Virus record (IMG/VR): IMGVR_UViG_3300045988_172460
DNA: 49,763 bases
From: a virus
Strand: one strand, 5' to 3'
In this document: one piece after another, positions 27,168-35,373 of the stretch
Position numbering within the stretch: the stretch's first letter is position 1
Layout: each line of letters starts with the position of its first letter
Translations under genes and position numbers: made by a program
The notes under the pieces: generated by a model
What the model was told of the DNA's origin: nothing
The model's input: only the letters and a program-made list of their open reading frames with translations
The model's database searches: none

Positions 27168-27556
27168 TCTGCGACCTCCAATAATTCTGGGTTTTCATGG
27201 ATGTTCCCAACAATCTCAATATCGTCGGTAGCTTCAAATAAATCCTCAGATATATTTTCCCACTCGTATTTAAATGCACCATTTTCAAAAATTACTTGTC
27301 CGTGCACTTCTTGATGGTCATCCCATCCAATATCACCCTCAAAAATTTCAACGCCGTTCTTGTCTTTCAAGCCTGTTGATTGCATGAGAACATATTTATC
27401 AATCATTCCCCACATGCCATTTTCTAGATTGATAAGAGGCGCTATAAATCCTGTATCATCATCAATAGTCCATTCTACATTTTTATCTTCATCAGGATAA
27501 TACATTATGTTTTCTTTTACTGAATATGCTCTAAACTTTGGAATCATTTTCTTCAC
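27164..27556 (-). CDS. YopX-like protein
   Basis: KFRAY...MQSTGLKDKNGVEIFEGDI...IVGNIHENPELL is the typical YopX-family pattern. Start codon uncertain (GTG at 27556 or ATG at 27547). Confidence 0.7.
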   Translation of the reverse strand: MKKMIPKFRAYSVKENIMYYPDEDKNVEWTIDDDTGFIAPLINLENGMWGMIDKYVLMQSTGLKDKNGVEIFEGDIGWDDHQEVHGQVIFENGAFKYEWENISEDLFEATDDIEIVGNIHENPELLEVAE

Positions 27557-28103
27557 TCGCTTTCAACTCTTGTTTGCTTAAATATTCTTGGAATCTCACT
27601 TTATCTTGCACATTCCAAACGTGGTTACCATAGTTTTTATACTCAGTTCTAGGCATTTTTTTATAAGGGATTTTTTCACGTTGGCAATGTGCGATTAGAG
27701 ACGACATCTTAATGTTTAATTTTGTGCATATTTGGCTGAGGTAGTAATCTTCGTCAATCAAACGTCGGATTTCTGTATCTAGCTCTTTAATCTTCTTGTG
27801 CTTTGTCAGCCCTAATTTTTTAGCCCTAAACTCAACAGCTCCAACTGTACGATTTAACCTATCAGCTATATACTTATTTTTCATAGATAAATAGTGCTTT
27901 TTTAAGAACTCATCCTCTTTTTCAGACCATAGACGGTGCATGTAGCATCTAAAATTATCTTCTTTTCGCATTTTGCACAATTTTTTTCTAATCGCATTGG
28001 TGCTTCTATTTAAGTGCTTAGAAGCTTCAATTAGCTGAGTATCGTTTTCAAAAACAAAATATTCTAAATACACTAGTTCGTCTTCTGTCCATTTTCTATA
28101 CAT
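27531..28103 (-). CDS. SANT/Myb-like repeat DNA-binding protein
   Basis: 190 aa. Two W-x-E-x-E-D/L repeats (WTEDELVYL, WSEKEDEFL) plus basic HTH-like segments. Confidence 0.5.
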   Translation of the reverse strand: MYRKWTEDELVYLEYFVFENDTQLIEASKHLNRSTNAIRKKLCKMRKEDNFRCYMHRLWSEKEDEFLKKHYLSMKNKYIADRLNRTVGAVEFRAKKLGLTKHKKIKELDTEIRRLIDEDYYLSQICTKLNIKMSSLIAHCQREKIPYKKMPRTEYKNYGNHVWNVQDKVRFQEYLSKQELKASEENDSKV

Positions 28104-28115
28104 GAAATCACCACA

Positions 28116-29060
28116 CTAGGAAAGTTGCATCAATGCACCAAGAATCTTTTCATCATCCTTACTCTGTAATTCATCAATGATATGCATATATGTTTCTTGA
28201 GTAGTAGTCACGCTTGAATGTCCTAGACGTTTAGCTATGCTATGAGTTGACACCCCGTCAGCGAGTAAAATACTTGCATGTGTATGTCTAAGTCCGTGCA
28301 TTGTGATGACAGTGATTCCTGATTCTTTGCATTTTCTGATCAGGTGGGAATTGTATGTTGAATTGAAAATTCGTTTATATTTGCCTGTCTTTTCATCTCG
28401 ATTTACAAAAATCAATTCATCTTGAGGTAAATTTTCAATGAGCGGTTTAAACTGACCAACTATTTGCCAATCGATGCTTATCGTTCTAACAGAACTTTTG
28501 TTTTTCGTATCCTGAAAAAACATTGTAGAATTTTTGTAGTTCAATGTTTTATTAATGCTGACGGTATTTCTGGTCCAATCAAAATCAGCTGGTGTTAACG
28601 CAATGGCTTCCGCAAAGCGCATTCCTGTTTTTGCAACCAGTAAAATGAACCAATCCATATTTATCCCTTCGCCAAGTTCTAGTGATCTCAACAGCTTTTG
28701 TAGTTCGCCTTTTTGCAGGAATTTTTTCTTTTTTGGTCTCGGCGGTATTCCTTTGATAATCGCTTTGTAGGTTGGATCACGTTTAATTAGTCCTTCGTGA
28801 TACATATCTCTTACACAGCTGCCAATTTGGTGATGAAAATCCATTGTTGTCTGCCGCTCATGTGTCAGAGCGTATTCATTAAGGATGCTTTGATAAGCCT
28901 TTCTATCTAATTTATCTATCGTTAAATCAGGGCAAATTTCAGTAAGGTGTTTGTGGGCTATATAATATTTACTAACTGAGATATCTCTAATTGCACCGAC
29001 TTTGTAAGTTTCAATCCATTCTAAAAAATAGCCAGCAAAAAGTCTGGGACGTTTGCTCAT
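28116..29060 (-). CDS. Second tyrosine recombinase (XerC/D / phage-integrase family) within the early region
   Basis: 314 aa. Catalytic residues R (TGMRFAEA), HxxR (HGLRHTHAS), H..Y (LGHSSVTTTQETYMH). ATGA overlap with the upstream gene. Confidence 0.85.
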   Translation of the reverse strand: MSKRPRLFAGYFLEWIETYKVGAIRDISVSKYYIAHKHLTEICPDLTIDKLDRKAYQSILNEYALTHERQTTMDFHHQIGSCVRDMYHEGLIKRDPTYKAIIKGIPPRPKKKKFLQKGELQKLLRSLELGEGINMDWFILLVAKTGMRFAEAIALTPADFDWTRNTVSINKTLNYKNSTMFFQDTKNKSSVRTISIDWQIVGQFKPLIENLPQDELIFVNRDEKTGKYKRIFNSTYNSHLIRKCKESGITVITMHGLRHTHASILLADGVSTHSIAKRLGHSSVTTTQETYMHIIDELQSKDDEKILGALMQLS

Positions 29061-29749
29061 TCGTTTTCTCCTCCTAACACGCTGGGACTTTCGATGTGAT
29101 CAATAGCTTCTTCCAGCCATTCTCTGACTTGAAACTCTCTTGTGACCACATCGCTGTGCGGCATAACATTTACATCGCTAAAAGCCAACGAATCATCTTT
29201 TGAATTTTGTAAAAAGTAAATCTGTTTTATTTTTCTGTCTAGCGAATCACCGTGGACTACGGTGGCATTCATCCCACGAATAGCAAGATTGAACAGCAGG
29301 AACGGAATGGTTCTATCAGATAACTCCTCTAAATCGTAAAAAGTCATTGATGGTTTATATTCAAAAAAACCAATAGATAGTCTGTCTGCTCGCCATTTTT
29401 GTATGATCATTCCACCTGTCCCAGAAGCTACTTCATGTGTCAACCCACTTCCAGGCCCTACGATTTTTGCAATCACTTCCCCAATTGAATTTGGCGTAAA
29501 ATCTTGCTTCTTAACTTTCCGATCAGCATGTTCGTCTTGAAAATATTCGTGAAACCAATCGAAAGTTAAATCTTTTTCTATTTCTAAAAATTTGTTAAAC
29601 ACGATTTCTCGTTTATCGCGACTTAGTAATATATTCATGAGCGCTTCTGGCGCTTTGTAGGCATCATCAACACCTAGCAATTCATTTATTTTTTCTGTTG
29701 TTAGTTTCATCGTTTTTAAAGGAGCAAAAAGCTTTTTATGCGGCCGCAA
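29057..29749 (-). CDS. N6-adenine-methyltransferase-like protein, short and lacking a canonical NPPF/Y catalytic motif
   Basis: DFTPNSIGEVIAKIV and EVASGTGGM (SAM motif I), NLAIRGMNATVVHGDSL. At the expected motif IV position only FSDVNVMPHSD is found. Start is TTG at 29749 (with AAGGAG SD) or ATG at 29710. Confidence 0.6.
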   Translation of the reverse strand: MRPHKKLFAPLKTMKLTTEKINELLGVDDAYKAPEALMNILLSRDKREIVFNKFLEIEKDLTFDWFHEYFQDEHADRKVKKQDFTPNSIGEVIAKIVGPGSGLTHEVASGTGGMIIQKWRADRLSIGFFEYKPSMTFYDLEELSDRTIPFLLFNLAIRGMNATVVHGDSLDRKIKQIYFLQNSKDDSLAFSDVNVMPHSDVVTREFQVREWLEEAIDHIESPSVLGGENE

Positions 29750-29761
29750 ACTCCACTCCTT
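29718..29761 (-). repeat. Composite palindromic leader element, copy A (5' of the N6-MTase-like gene)
   Basis: Plus strand: AAAGGAG - cAAAAAGCTTTTTat - GCGGCCGC - AAACTCCACTCCTT. Shares its architecture and a 22-nt block (20/22) with copy B. Confidence 0.8.
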
Positions 29762-29766
29762 TCTAT

Positions 29767-30507
29767 TTATTTTTTCTCTAGAACCTTTTTAAATATGTCA
29801 TCCACTAATTTTTCTGGAATATTTGATCGTTCATTATAGCTTTTGGAAAAATTCCCCCAAGCAATTTCTTGTTTAATAACTTTATTTTTCAATCCCAAAT
29901 GGATATTACTAGCAAATTTCGTGGGCTTCTGTAATGGATAATCATAATTGTTATACCTGGTTAAATTTTTAAATGGCAGTTTAAAATTCAAGACATCTTC
30001 GATATATTCCCAAATTTTGCCACTAGCGGGGTTCTCAATGATGAAATATTTTGGTTGGTACTTTTTTATAATTTTTATAGTATTAAAAACCGTTAACTCT
30101 CCATTCACTCTTTTTAAAAATTGCCTTTCATAAACATAATTAGTATCTTCGTAATCTATTGTGGTTCTTATAGTAAACGGGCTTGGTAATATCTGTGGTG
30201 CAAATAAATTATCTGTTACATCTTCTCTTTTCCAACAAGCATTACCATTTTTCATTGCACTAGCTACTGACCAGCTTTCACATGGTGGGCTTGCAATGAT
30301 TAAATCTGGCTTTGGTAATTTGTCTAAAACTTTGAATAATTTATTATCATTAAACATATAAGAATAGTCCGCTAAATTCAGATGAATAAAATGGTCATTC
30401 TTATTTTCAATATCCAAACCTATGCTGTATATTTCTATATCTTCAAACTTTTGTGCAGAACGCTTATAACATCCGTTCCCACTATCAAATAGTGCCCATA
30501 CTATCAT
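29767..30507 (-). CDS. Small C5-cytosine-methyltransferase-like protein
   Basis: 246 aa. Motif I-like LFDSGNG, motif IV SPPCESWS (Pro-Cys), motif VI IIENPASG. Very short target-recognition region. Confidence 0.6.
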   Translation of the reverse strand: MIVWALFDSGNGCYKRSAQKFEDIEIYSIGLDIENKNDHFIHLNLADYSYMFNDNKLFKVLDKLPKPDLIIASPPCESWSVASAMKNGNACWKREDVTDNLFAPQILPSPFTIRTTIDYEDTNYVYERQFLKRVNGELTVFNTIKIIKKYQPKYFIIENPASGKIWEYIEDVLNFKLPFKNLTRYNNYDYPLQKPTKFASNIHLGLKNKVIKQEIAWGNFSKSYNERSNIPEKLVDDIFKKVLEKK

Positions 30508-30513
30508 AATTTC

Positions 30514-30558
30514 AAAGGAGTAAAGAATTCTTTACTGTGGCCACAAACTCCACTCCTT
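30514..30558 (-). repeat. Composite palindromic leader element, copy B (5' of the C5-MTase-like gene)
   Basis: Plus strand: AAAGGAG - TAAAGAATTCTTTAC t - GTGGCCAC - AAACTCCACTCCTT. The 16-nt perfect palindrome is at 30520..30535. Confidence 0.8.
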
Positions 30559-30565
30559 CCGCTTT

Positions 30566-30793
30566 CTAATTAATTAACACATAGAACCCTTGTGATATAG
30601 ATACTTTACCGAAAATATCAAGTTTTATTTCAATTTCGTTAAGCGTCATGCTCGTTTTATGAGATAGTTGGTCACCTAGTCCTAGATTCCTTAGCATCAC
30701 GTATTCTTCTTTTGTAAGTTCATCAATATCAACTGATTCAATTTTTTTATCGATACCGTTTTTTGATATTAATTTCACATTTTTGAATTTCAT
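30566..30793 (-). CDS. Hypothetical protein
   Basis: 75 aa with a GAAAGGAA SD. Confidence 0.55.
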   Translation of the reverse strand: MKFKNVKLISKNGIDKKIESVDIDELTKEEYVMLRNLGLGDQLSHKTSMTLNEIEIKLDIFGKVSISQGFYVLIN

Positions 30794-30823
30794 GTTCTGT
30801 TCCTTTCACTACATTTATAAATT

Positions 30824-31018
30824 TTATAGTTTAATTATTCTCGTAATCTCTACTGGTTTAATAATCACATCACCGATTTTTACAAATTTGTATTTATATT
30901 TATCGTCATTTAGTATTGAAGTTAAATTTTTGAATGTTTCAGCAAATATTTCTGTATCAAAAGTAGCCATTGTAAAAGATCCAGTATTAATAAAAATTCT
31001 AATTTTGATTATTTTCAT
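30824..31018 (-). CDS. Hypothetical protein
   Basis: 64 aa with a GAGGGTGA SD. Confidence 0.55.
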   Translation of the reverse strand: MKIIKIRIFINTGSFTMATFDTEIFAETFKNLTSILNDDKYKYKFVKIGDVIIKPVEITRIIKL

Positions 31019-31042
31019 TTTTTCACCCTCATCAATTTATAA

Positions 31043-31792
31043 TTAATTTTTTACGGCTTTCGTTAAATCAAAACCAAGAGCAGTTGGGTAGCCTTCAACG
31101 CTTTCTGGTTCAACATGGTAACGATGATTTTCAATATCCATCTTGCTGGCTTTTGATACCTTCTCTAAAATGCTACCTGACCAGCTTTTACGATACCCTG
31201 CTTTCTTTTTTGACTTCGGATTTACACAACTTCTAGCGCCTTCGTCCGTCGCTTTACAGGGAATGACAAACAATGCTAATCTTGATTCGTCTAAATACAA
31301 TTGAACCCATTCAGGTTTGTTTAGTCGTCTCACAACTGGACCGCTCAAAGCCAACCCGCTTTTTGAAATCGTAATACACTCTTTTCCTTCTGCTCCAAAT
31401 GTTCCTGGTAATAATAAACTTGCTGTATTAATGTTAAATTTCATAAGTTTACTCTCCTCTTTCTTTTGTTTTCTATTAATTTTATTTTCTATTCCGTTAG
31501 CCTTTCGCCAATTTTGAAAGGTTGTTGTGCCTAGTCCTAAAGCTTTCTTAATATCTCCTACTTGATAACCTAAATCTAAGAAATGTTGGTACTTCTCTTT
31601 TGTTAATTTATCAGGATCTAAACTGGGTAATGGTCGCTTATCCGATATAAGATCTGACTCTAGTTGCTTAGAGAGCCTCTGGACTTCTTTCACGATTTCT
31701 GGATTCTTCATCCAAGATTCGTTTTCACCCGTCAGAAAAAGAATTTTTTGTCGTATTAATCGCTTCTTCTCTCTGAGTAAATTCTTTCCCAT
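31043..31792 (-). CDS. Hypothetical protein with a central HTH-like segment
   Basis: 249 aa, GGAGGGGGAG SD. GDIKKALGLGTTTFQNWRKANGI resembles an HTH. Confidence 0.55.
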   Translation of the reverse strand: MGKNLLREKKRLIRQKILFLTGENESWMKNPEIVKEVQRLSKQLESDLISDKRPLPSLDPDKLTKEKYQHFLDLGYQVGDIKKALGLGTTTFQNWRKANGIENKINRKQKKEESKLMKFNINTASLLLPGTFGAEGKECITISKSGLALSGPVVRRLNKPEWVQLYLDESRLALFVIPCKATDEGARSCVNPKSKKKAGYRKSWSGSILEKVSKASKMDIENHRYHVEPESVEGYPTALGFDLTKAVKN

Positions 31793-31875
31793 TGCTCCCC
31801 CTCCAAACTCATAATTTTAAAATTCATAATGACTAACCCCTTGAACCAAAAGATACGATTTGCTATTACAATTTG

Positions 31876-32196
31876 CTACTCTAAAATGGCATAGTCATAA
31901 CAGCGACCCAATCTATCTTGTTCACCAGTCTCCAAACATTTTCGCAAAGTTTCATTTCCGATTCGACACGCTGAAATTACATCAGCTCTTGTGTTAAATA
32001 CTTCTGAAGATCCATCTTTGTATATAACAATTAATGGTTTAGCATTGTCTGAAAAATCACCTGAGAATATTTCTCGCCCAATTTCGCACGCCTTTCTCCA
32101 TGCAAACAAGTCGCCATTATCCTCTGCAATTCTCAGGTAATCAAGTAACGGACCTCTTAAATGTTTTTGTTTTGGTAATGCAATACTCATTTCCAC
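31876..32196 (-). CDS. Hypothetical protein with a NUMOD1-like C-terminal HTH
   Basis: 106 aa. VFNTRADVISACRIGNETLRKCLETGE resembles the DNA-binding module of homing endonucleases. No nuclease motif. Confidence 0.45.
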   Translation of the reverse strand: MEMSIALPKQKHLRGPLLDYLRIAEDNGDLFAWRKACEIGREIFSGDFSDNAKPLIVIYKDGSSEVFNTRADVISACRIGNETLRKCLETGEQDRLGRCYDYAILE

Positions 32197-32210
32197 TCCT
32201 CCTAAATCTG

Positions 32211-32708
32211 TTATTGCCAGTAGTTTTGCTCTAACTTTTCTAAATAATGTGAATAGTATCCATGCTGTCGAACCTCAAATTCTTTTAAGTAATCTAATGG
32301 AATACTCTTACGTCCTAAGTTTTTTTGCATATTTAAATAATCATCAACATCCACTAAAAATACTTGATGACTTTTGTTGAATTGAATTAATAAAAATGCT
32401 GTTCCACCGCTTAATTTAAAATCCTTTAAAAAATTTTTTTGGTGATCTTTTAACATTGGTTTATTTCCAACATAAAATGGAAATGCGGTTTTATTTTCAG
32501 TAGATTTGCAATCAAAGGCGATTGGCCGACCCTTCAAATGTCCGATAAAATCGCATCCTGTCTTGTTAGTTGGAATCACTACAGGTTTTCCACCAACCCT
32601 TATAGTTTTAGTTCCATTAGGTATTTTTGCTACTGTGCCTTTTCTGTTACGACAATACCACTCGTTGGTTTGTTCAATCATTTTTTCAAACTGACTCCAC
32701 GCTTTCAT
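32211..32708 (-). CDS. recU: RecU-like Holliday junction resolvase
   Basis: ...GCDFIGHLKGRPIAFDCKSTENKTAFPF...LKDHQKNFLKDFKLSGGTAFLLIQF matches the RecU core pattern. ATG at 32708 after a GAGAGGTG box. Confidence 0.7.
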   Translation of the reverse strand: MKAWSQFEKMIEQTNEWYCRNRKGTVAKIPNGTKTIRVGGKPVVIPTNKTGCDFIGHLKGRPIAFDCKSTENKTAFPFYVGNKPMLKDHQKNFLKDFKLSGGTAFLLIQFNKSHQVFLVDVDDYLNMQKNLGRKSIPLDYLKEFEVRQHGYYSHYLEKLEQNYWQ

Positions 32709-32723
32709 CACAGCACCTCTCTC

Positions 32724-33488
32724 TTAATTTCCCTCTGGATTTAACCAGTTATGCATTGTAACTTTTGGTATTGAATCAACAGAAATCTCCTCTTGATCAT
32801 TTCGCATATTGTATTCACTAATTTTTTTTATAGCTTGATTTTTTGTCTTTATTCCCTTACGTTCCCAGCTTAACAATATGCGGTCCATATACTTTAGACT
32901 GAATGCCTGATTAAGAACTGCCTCTTTAAGGGCTAAATGAATAAGGTCATCTGGATAATCATCTTCTGTTTGCCACTGTTTAATCATTTCCATTTCGATA
33001 GGCGAAAGTGGTCTCCCAAAATTTTGTTCGACGGCAGCGTATATATTCAATTTATTTTTATCTGTTTCTGGTGAAAAAGAATTATTTGTGTTTATGTTTT
33101 GTTTATGTTTAATTAATGTGCCACTGTTCGTTGACTGCGTTGTACTCTTTAGTGTCACTTTATCGTTACTCTGTTGTGTACTCTCTTGCGCACTATTTAA
33201 CGTATAAAGTACGCATACCTTGTAAGAAGTAGCTTTTCGACCATTACTTTTAAAATCAATCAAGCCTAGTTGCTTTAACGCGTTTCTATTTTTATTAATT
33301 CCTGAGCGTGACAAACCTGACAAAGATTCTAATGTTGCATTAGCTGCTGTAAACCATGTAGCCCATCCTGCTTTGTTGTTTATGGACATTAATGCACGCC
33401 ATAAAGCAATCTGACCTGATGAAAGCTTTTGTTTATAAAGCAAATAATCGTCAAACGCAAGAATCTGTTGTAAATAATTCAATGTCAC
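32724..33488 (-). CDS. DnaD-domain replication initiation / replisome organiser protein
   Basis: C-terminal ...FGRPLSPIEMEMIKQWQTEDDYPDDLIHLALKEAVLNQAFSLKYMDRILLSWERKGI is the DnaD-like repeat pattern. Start codon uncertain (GTG or TTG). Confidence 0.7.
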   Translation of the reverse strand: MTLNYLQQILAFDDYLLYKQKLSSGQIALWRALMSINNKAGWATWFTAANATLESLSGLSRSGINKNRNALKQLGLIDFKSNGRKATSYKVCVLYTLNSAQESTQQSNDKVTLKSTTQSTNSGTLIKHKQNINTNNSFSPETDKNKLNIYAAVEQNFGRPLSPIEMEMIKQWQTEDDYPDDLIHLALKEAVLNQAFSLKYMDRILLSWERKGIKTKNQAIKKISEYNMRNDQEEISVDSIPKVTMHNWLNPEGN

Positions 33489-33499
33489 ACCTCCACTCT

Positions 33500-34201
33500 C
33501 TATGCAATAATTATTTTTTTATTGGTTATTTTTTCTATTTCTTCTTTAAATTTTTCTGGATCACTATTCTTGTCGCTTAAATGGATGAGATATATTTCTT
33601 CTGTTTTTGTTAAATCAGTTGACTGAAAAAACTTTTTGCAGGCATCTATGCTCATATGCGTTCTTAAAATTCGATCTTGAACACTTTTTGGCAGTTTGCT
33701 CTGTCTTACTAACTTGATATCATGATTACACTCAACGAGCCAATGAGTGACGTCTTTAAACGTTTTAGGTAAATAGTTAGTATCTGTAGCAAATACTATT
33801 TTCTTTCCACTAGGTGAAAGAATAAGAAAGCCCAGTGGTTCTCTCGCCCGTGCCTTTTTGTCATCGTGAATAGTGGCAAAAGGTTTAACTAACCAATCAC
33901 CAATTTTCTGTTGCTGGTTAGCTTTTAAAATATGTGACCGTCTATTTATACCTAATCCTTCTAAAGTTCCTTGTGAGGCCCACACATCAAATCTTCCAGC
34001 GAGTAAAATATCATTGATATACTTTGAGTGGTCACCATGTTCATGTGTTACAAGTAAACCTTGAATATTTGAAAAATTAATACCTTGTTTCATAATATCT
34101 TTAGGCTTTAATCCTGCTTCTAACATTAAGGATGAGTTTCCATCTGCAAGTAAATAATTATTACCTGCAGATGAAGATCCTTGTATATTAATTTCAATCA
34201 T
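33500..34201 (-). CDS. Metallo-beta-lactamase-fold hydrolase/nuclease
   Basis: 233 aa. HxHxDH motif (LLVTHEHGDHSKY). Translationally coupled (TAATG) to the RecT-like gene. Confidence 0.75.
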   Translation of the reverse strand: MIEINIQGSSSAGNNYLLADGNSSLMLEAGLKPKDIMKQGINFSNIQGLLVTHEHGDHSKYINDILLAGRFDVWASQGTLEGLGINRRSHILKANQQQKIGDWLVKPFATIHDDKKARAREPLGFLILSPSGKKIVFATDTNYLPKTFKDVTHWLVECNHDIKLVRQSKLPKSVQDRILRTHMSIDACKKFFQSTDLTKTEEIYLIHLSDKNSDPEKFKEEIEKITNKKIIIA

Positions 34202-35373
34202 TAAAAGCCACGTCCATCTGTTTCGCTAGCAATATTTGTGGTTAATTCATCAAAAAACGCTGTCTGGGTTGGTTCGTTTTCTGTTTCTTGATTCGTTGTT
34301 GCTTTTTGAATCGGCTCTTCTGGTTCGATGATAGTCTCATCTGCTGCAGTTTCTTTATCGCGTTTTACTGCTTCTTGTTTGACTTCTGTTGGTTCTCCAT
34401 CAAAATCGAACACTTCTTGTGCTGTTTGCTCAGTAACATCTTTTCTAACTGATTTAACTACTTCGTCGTCTTGCGACTGATATTGCATAGCGACATACGC
34501 ATTCTCGAAGTTTTTAGGAATTTTCTTAACAATGTTGTTTCTCATTTTACGAACAATCATGGATTCTCTACTTTGTGGAGATTTCCATGCGGGACTAATA
34601 TATGATTGATATTCTTGACTGTCTAAAATGTCATCTAAAGCCATTGTTTTCAAATTGTTCATGATTTCTTGCTTTTTATTATCAATTTCCTGCTTTTGCT
34701 GATAACTTGCGTCTTTTTTCTTTTTTGCTATACCAAAAGTTTCATTCATAAGGTTCTGGTTTATATGAGCAATTAAATTTTTAACAACATCCTCTCGTTC
34801 TGCAATGTGATACTCGATTGTACCGTCAGACATTTCAATAGGATAAACAACTCTAACTACTTTTCCTTTACCAGTTGGCCCCCATTCTGGATCTGTCACT
34901 GACAATCCTTTATAACCTGGGTACGAAAAATGGTCTTCTTCTCTCACTTCCCAATGACGATGAACATGTTTTACGTTCCGTCCAAATTTTGAAAGGATAG
35001 CATCGTTTCCATCTCCTTCAATACCCATTTCAATTACTTTCACCCAATTATCTGATTGACCAAACTGTTTCCTATTAACATTTCTAGTCTGAAAATAGAC
35101 TTCACGAGGAATAGCTGAAGCATTGACTTGTAATGCTGCAATTGTCATTAATGTTTCTGTCATATTTGTTGAATCTACATCATTAATTGACAAGTTTGAG
35201 TTTGTTAGCATTGTATTAATTCCTTGTATAGCGCTGATTACGCATTGCTTTTGATATTCAGTCATATTTATTCCATTACTCAATAGCTGTGATTCTACTT
35301 GTGGCATAAAGGTATCGTTAATTTTAGTTAATCTATTTCCGTAAATCTTATTTTCTGCAAGTTCATGTGTCAT
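34201..35373 (-). CDS. RecT-family single-strand annealing protein (putative), acidic C-terminal tail
   Basis: 390 aa, GGAGGG SD. Lies between the SMC-like ATPase and the MBL nuclease, as in Gram-positive phage recombination modules. Confidence 0.55.
   Translation of the reverse strand: MTHELAENKIYGNRLTKINDTFMPQVESQLLSNGINMTEYQKQCVISAIQGINTMLTNSNLSINDVDSTNMTETLMTIAALQVNASAIPREVYFQTRNVNRKQFGQSDNWVKVIEMGIEGDGNDAILSKFGRNVKHVHRHWEVREEDHFSYPGYKGLSVTDPEWGPTGKGKVVRVVYPIEMSDGTIEYHIAEREDVVKNLIAHINQNLMNETFGIAKKKKDASYQQKQEIDNKKQEIMNNLKTMALDDILDSQEYQSYISPAWKSPQSRESMIVRKMRNNIVKKIPKNFENAYVAMQYQSQDDEVVKSVRKDVTEQTAQEVFDFDGEPTEVKQEAVKRDKETAADETIIEPEEPIQKATTNQETENEPTQTAFFDELTTNIASETDGRGF

Noticed and set aside
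30783-31046. 87-aa plus-strand ORF in the AT-rich region
   Set aside because: It is antisense to two SD-preceded minus-strand ORFs (30566..30793 and 30824..31018) and has an Ile/Phe/Leu-rich composition typical of AT-rich noise.
33203-33218. ATAAAGTACGCATACC inside the DnaD-like gene resembles the operator half-site context (AAAAGTACGCAATAC) of the genetic switch
   Set aside because: Only about 9 contiguous nucleotides are shared. A specific 9-mer is expected by chance at roughly 0.4 copies in 2 x 50 kb, and there is no partner half-site nearby.
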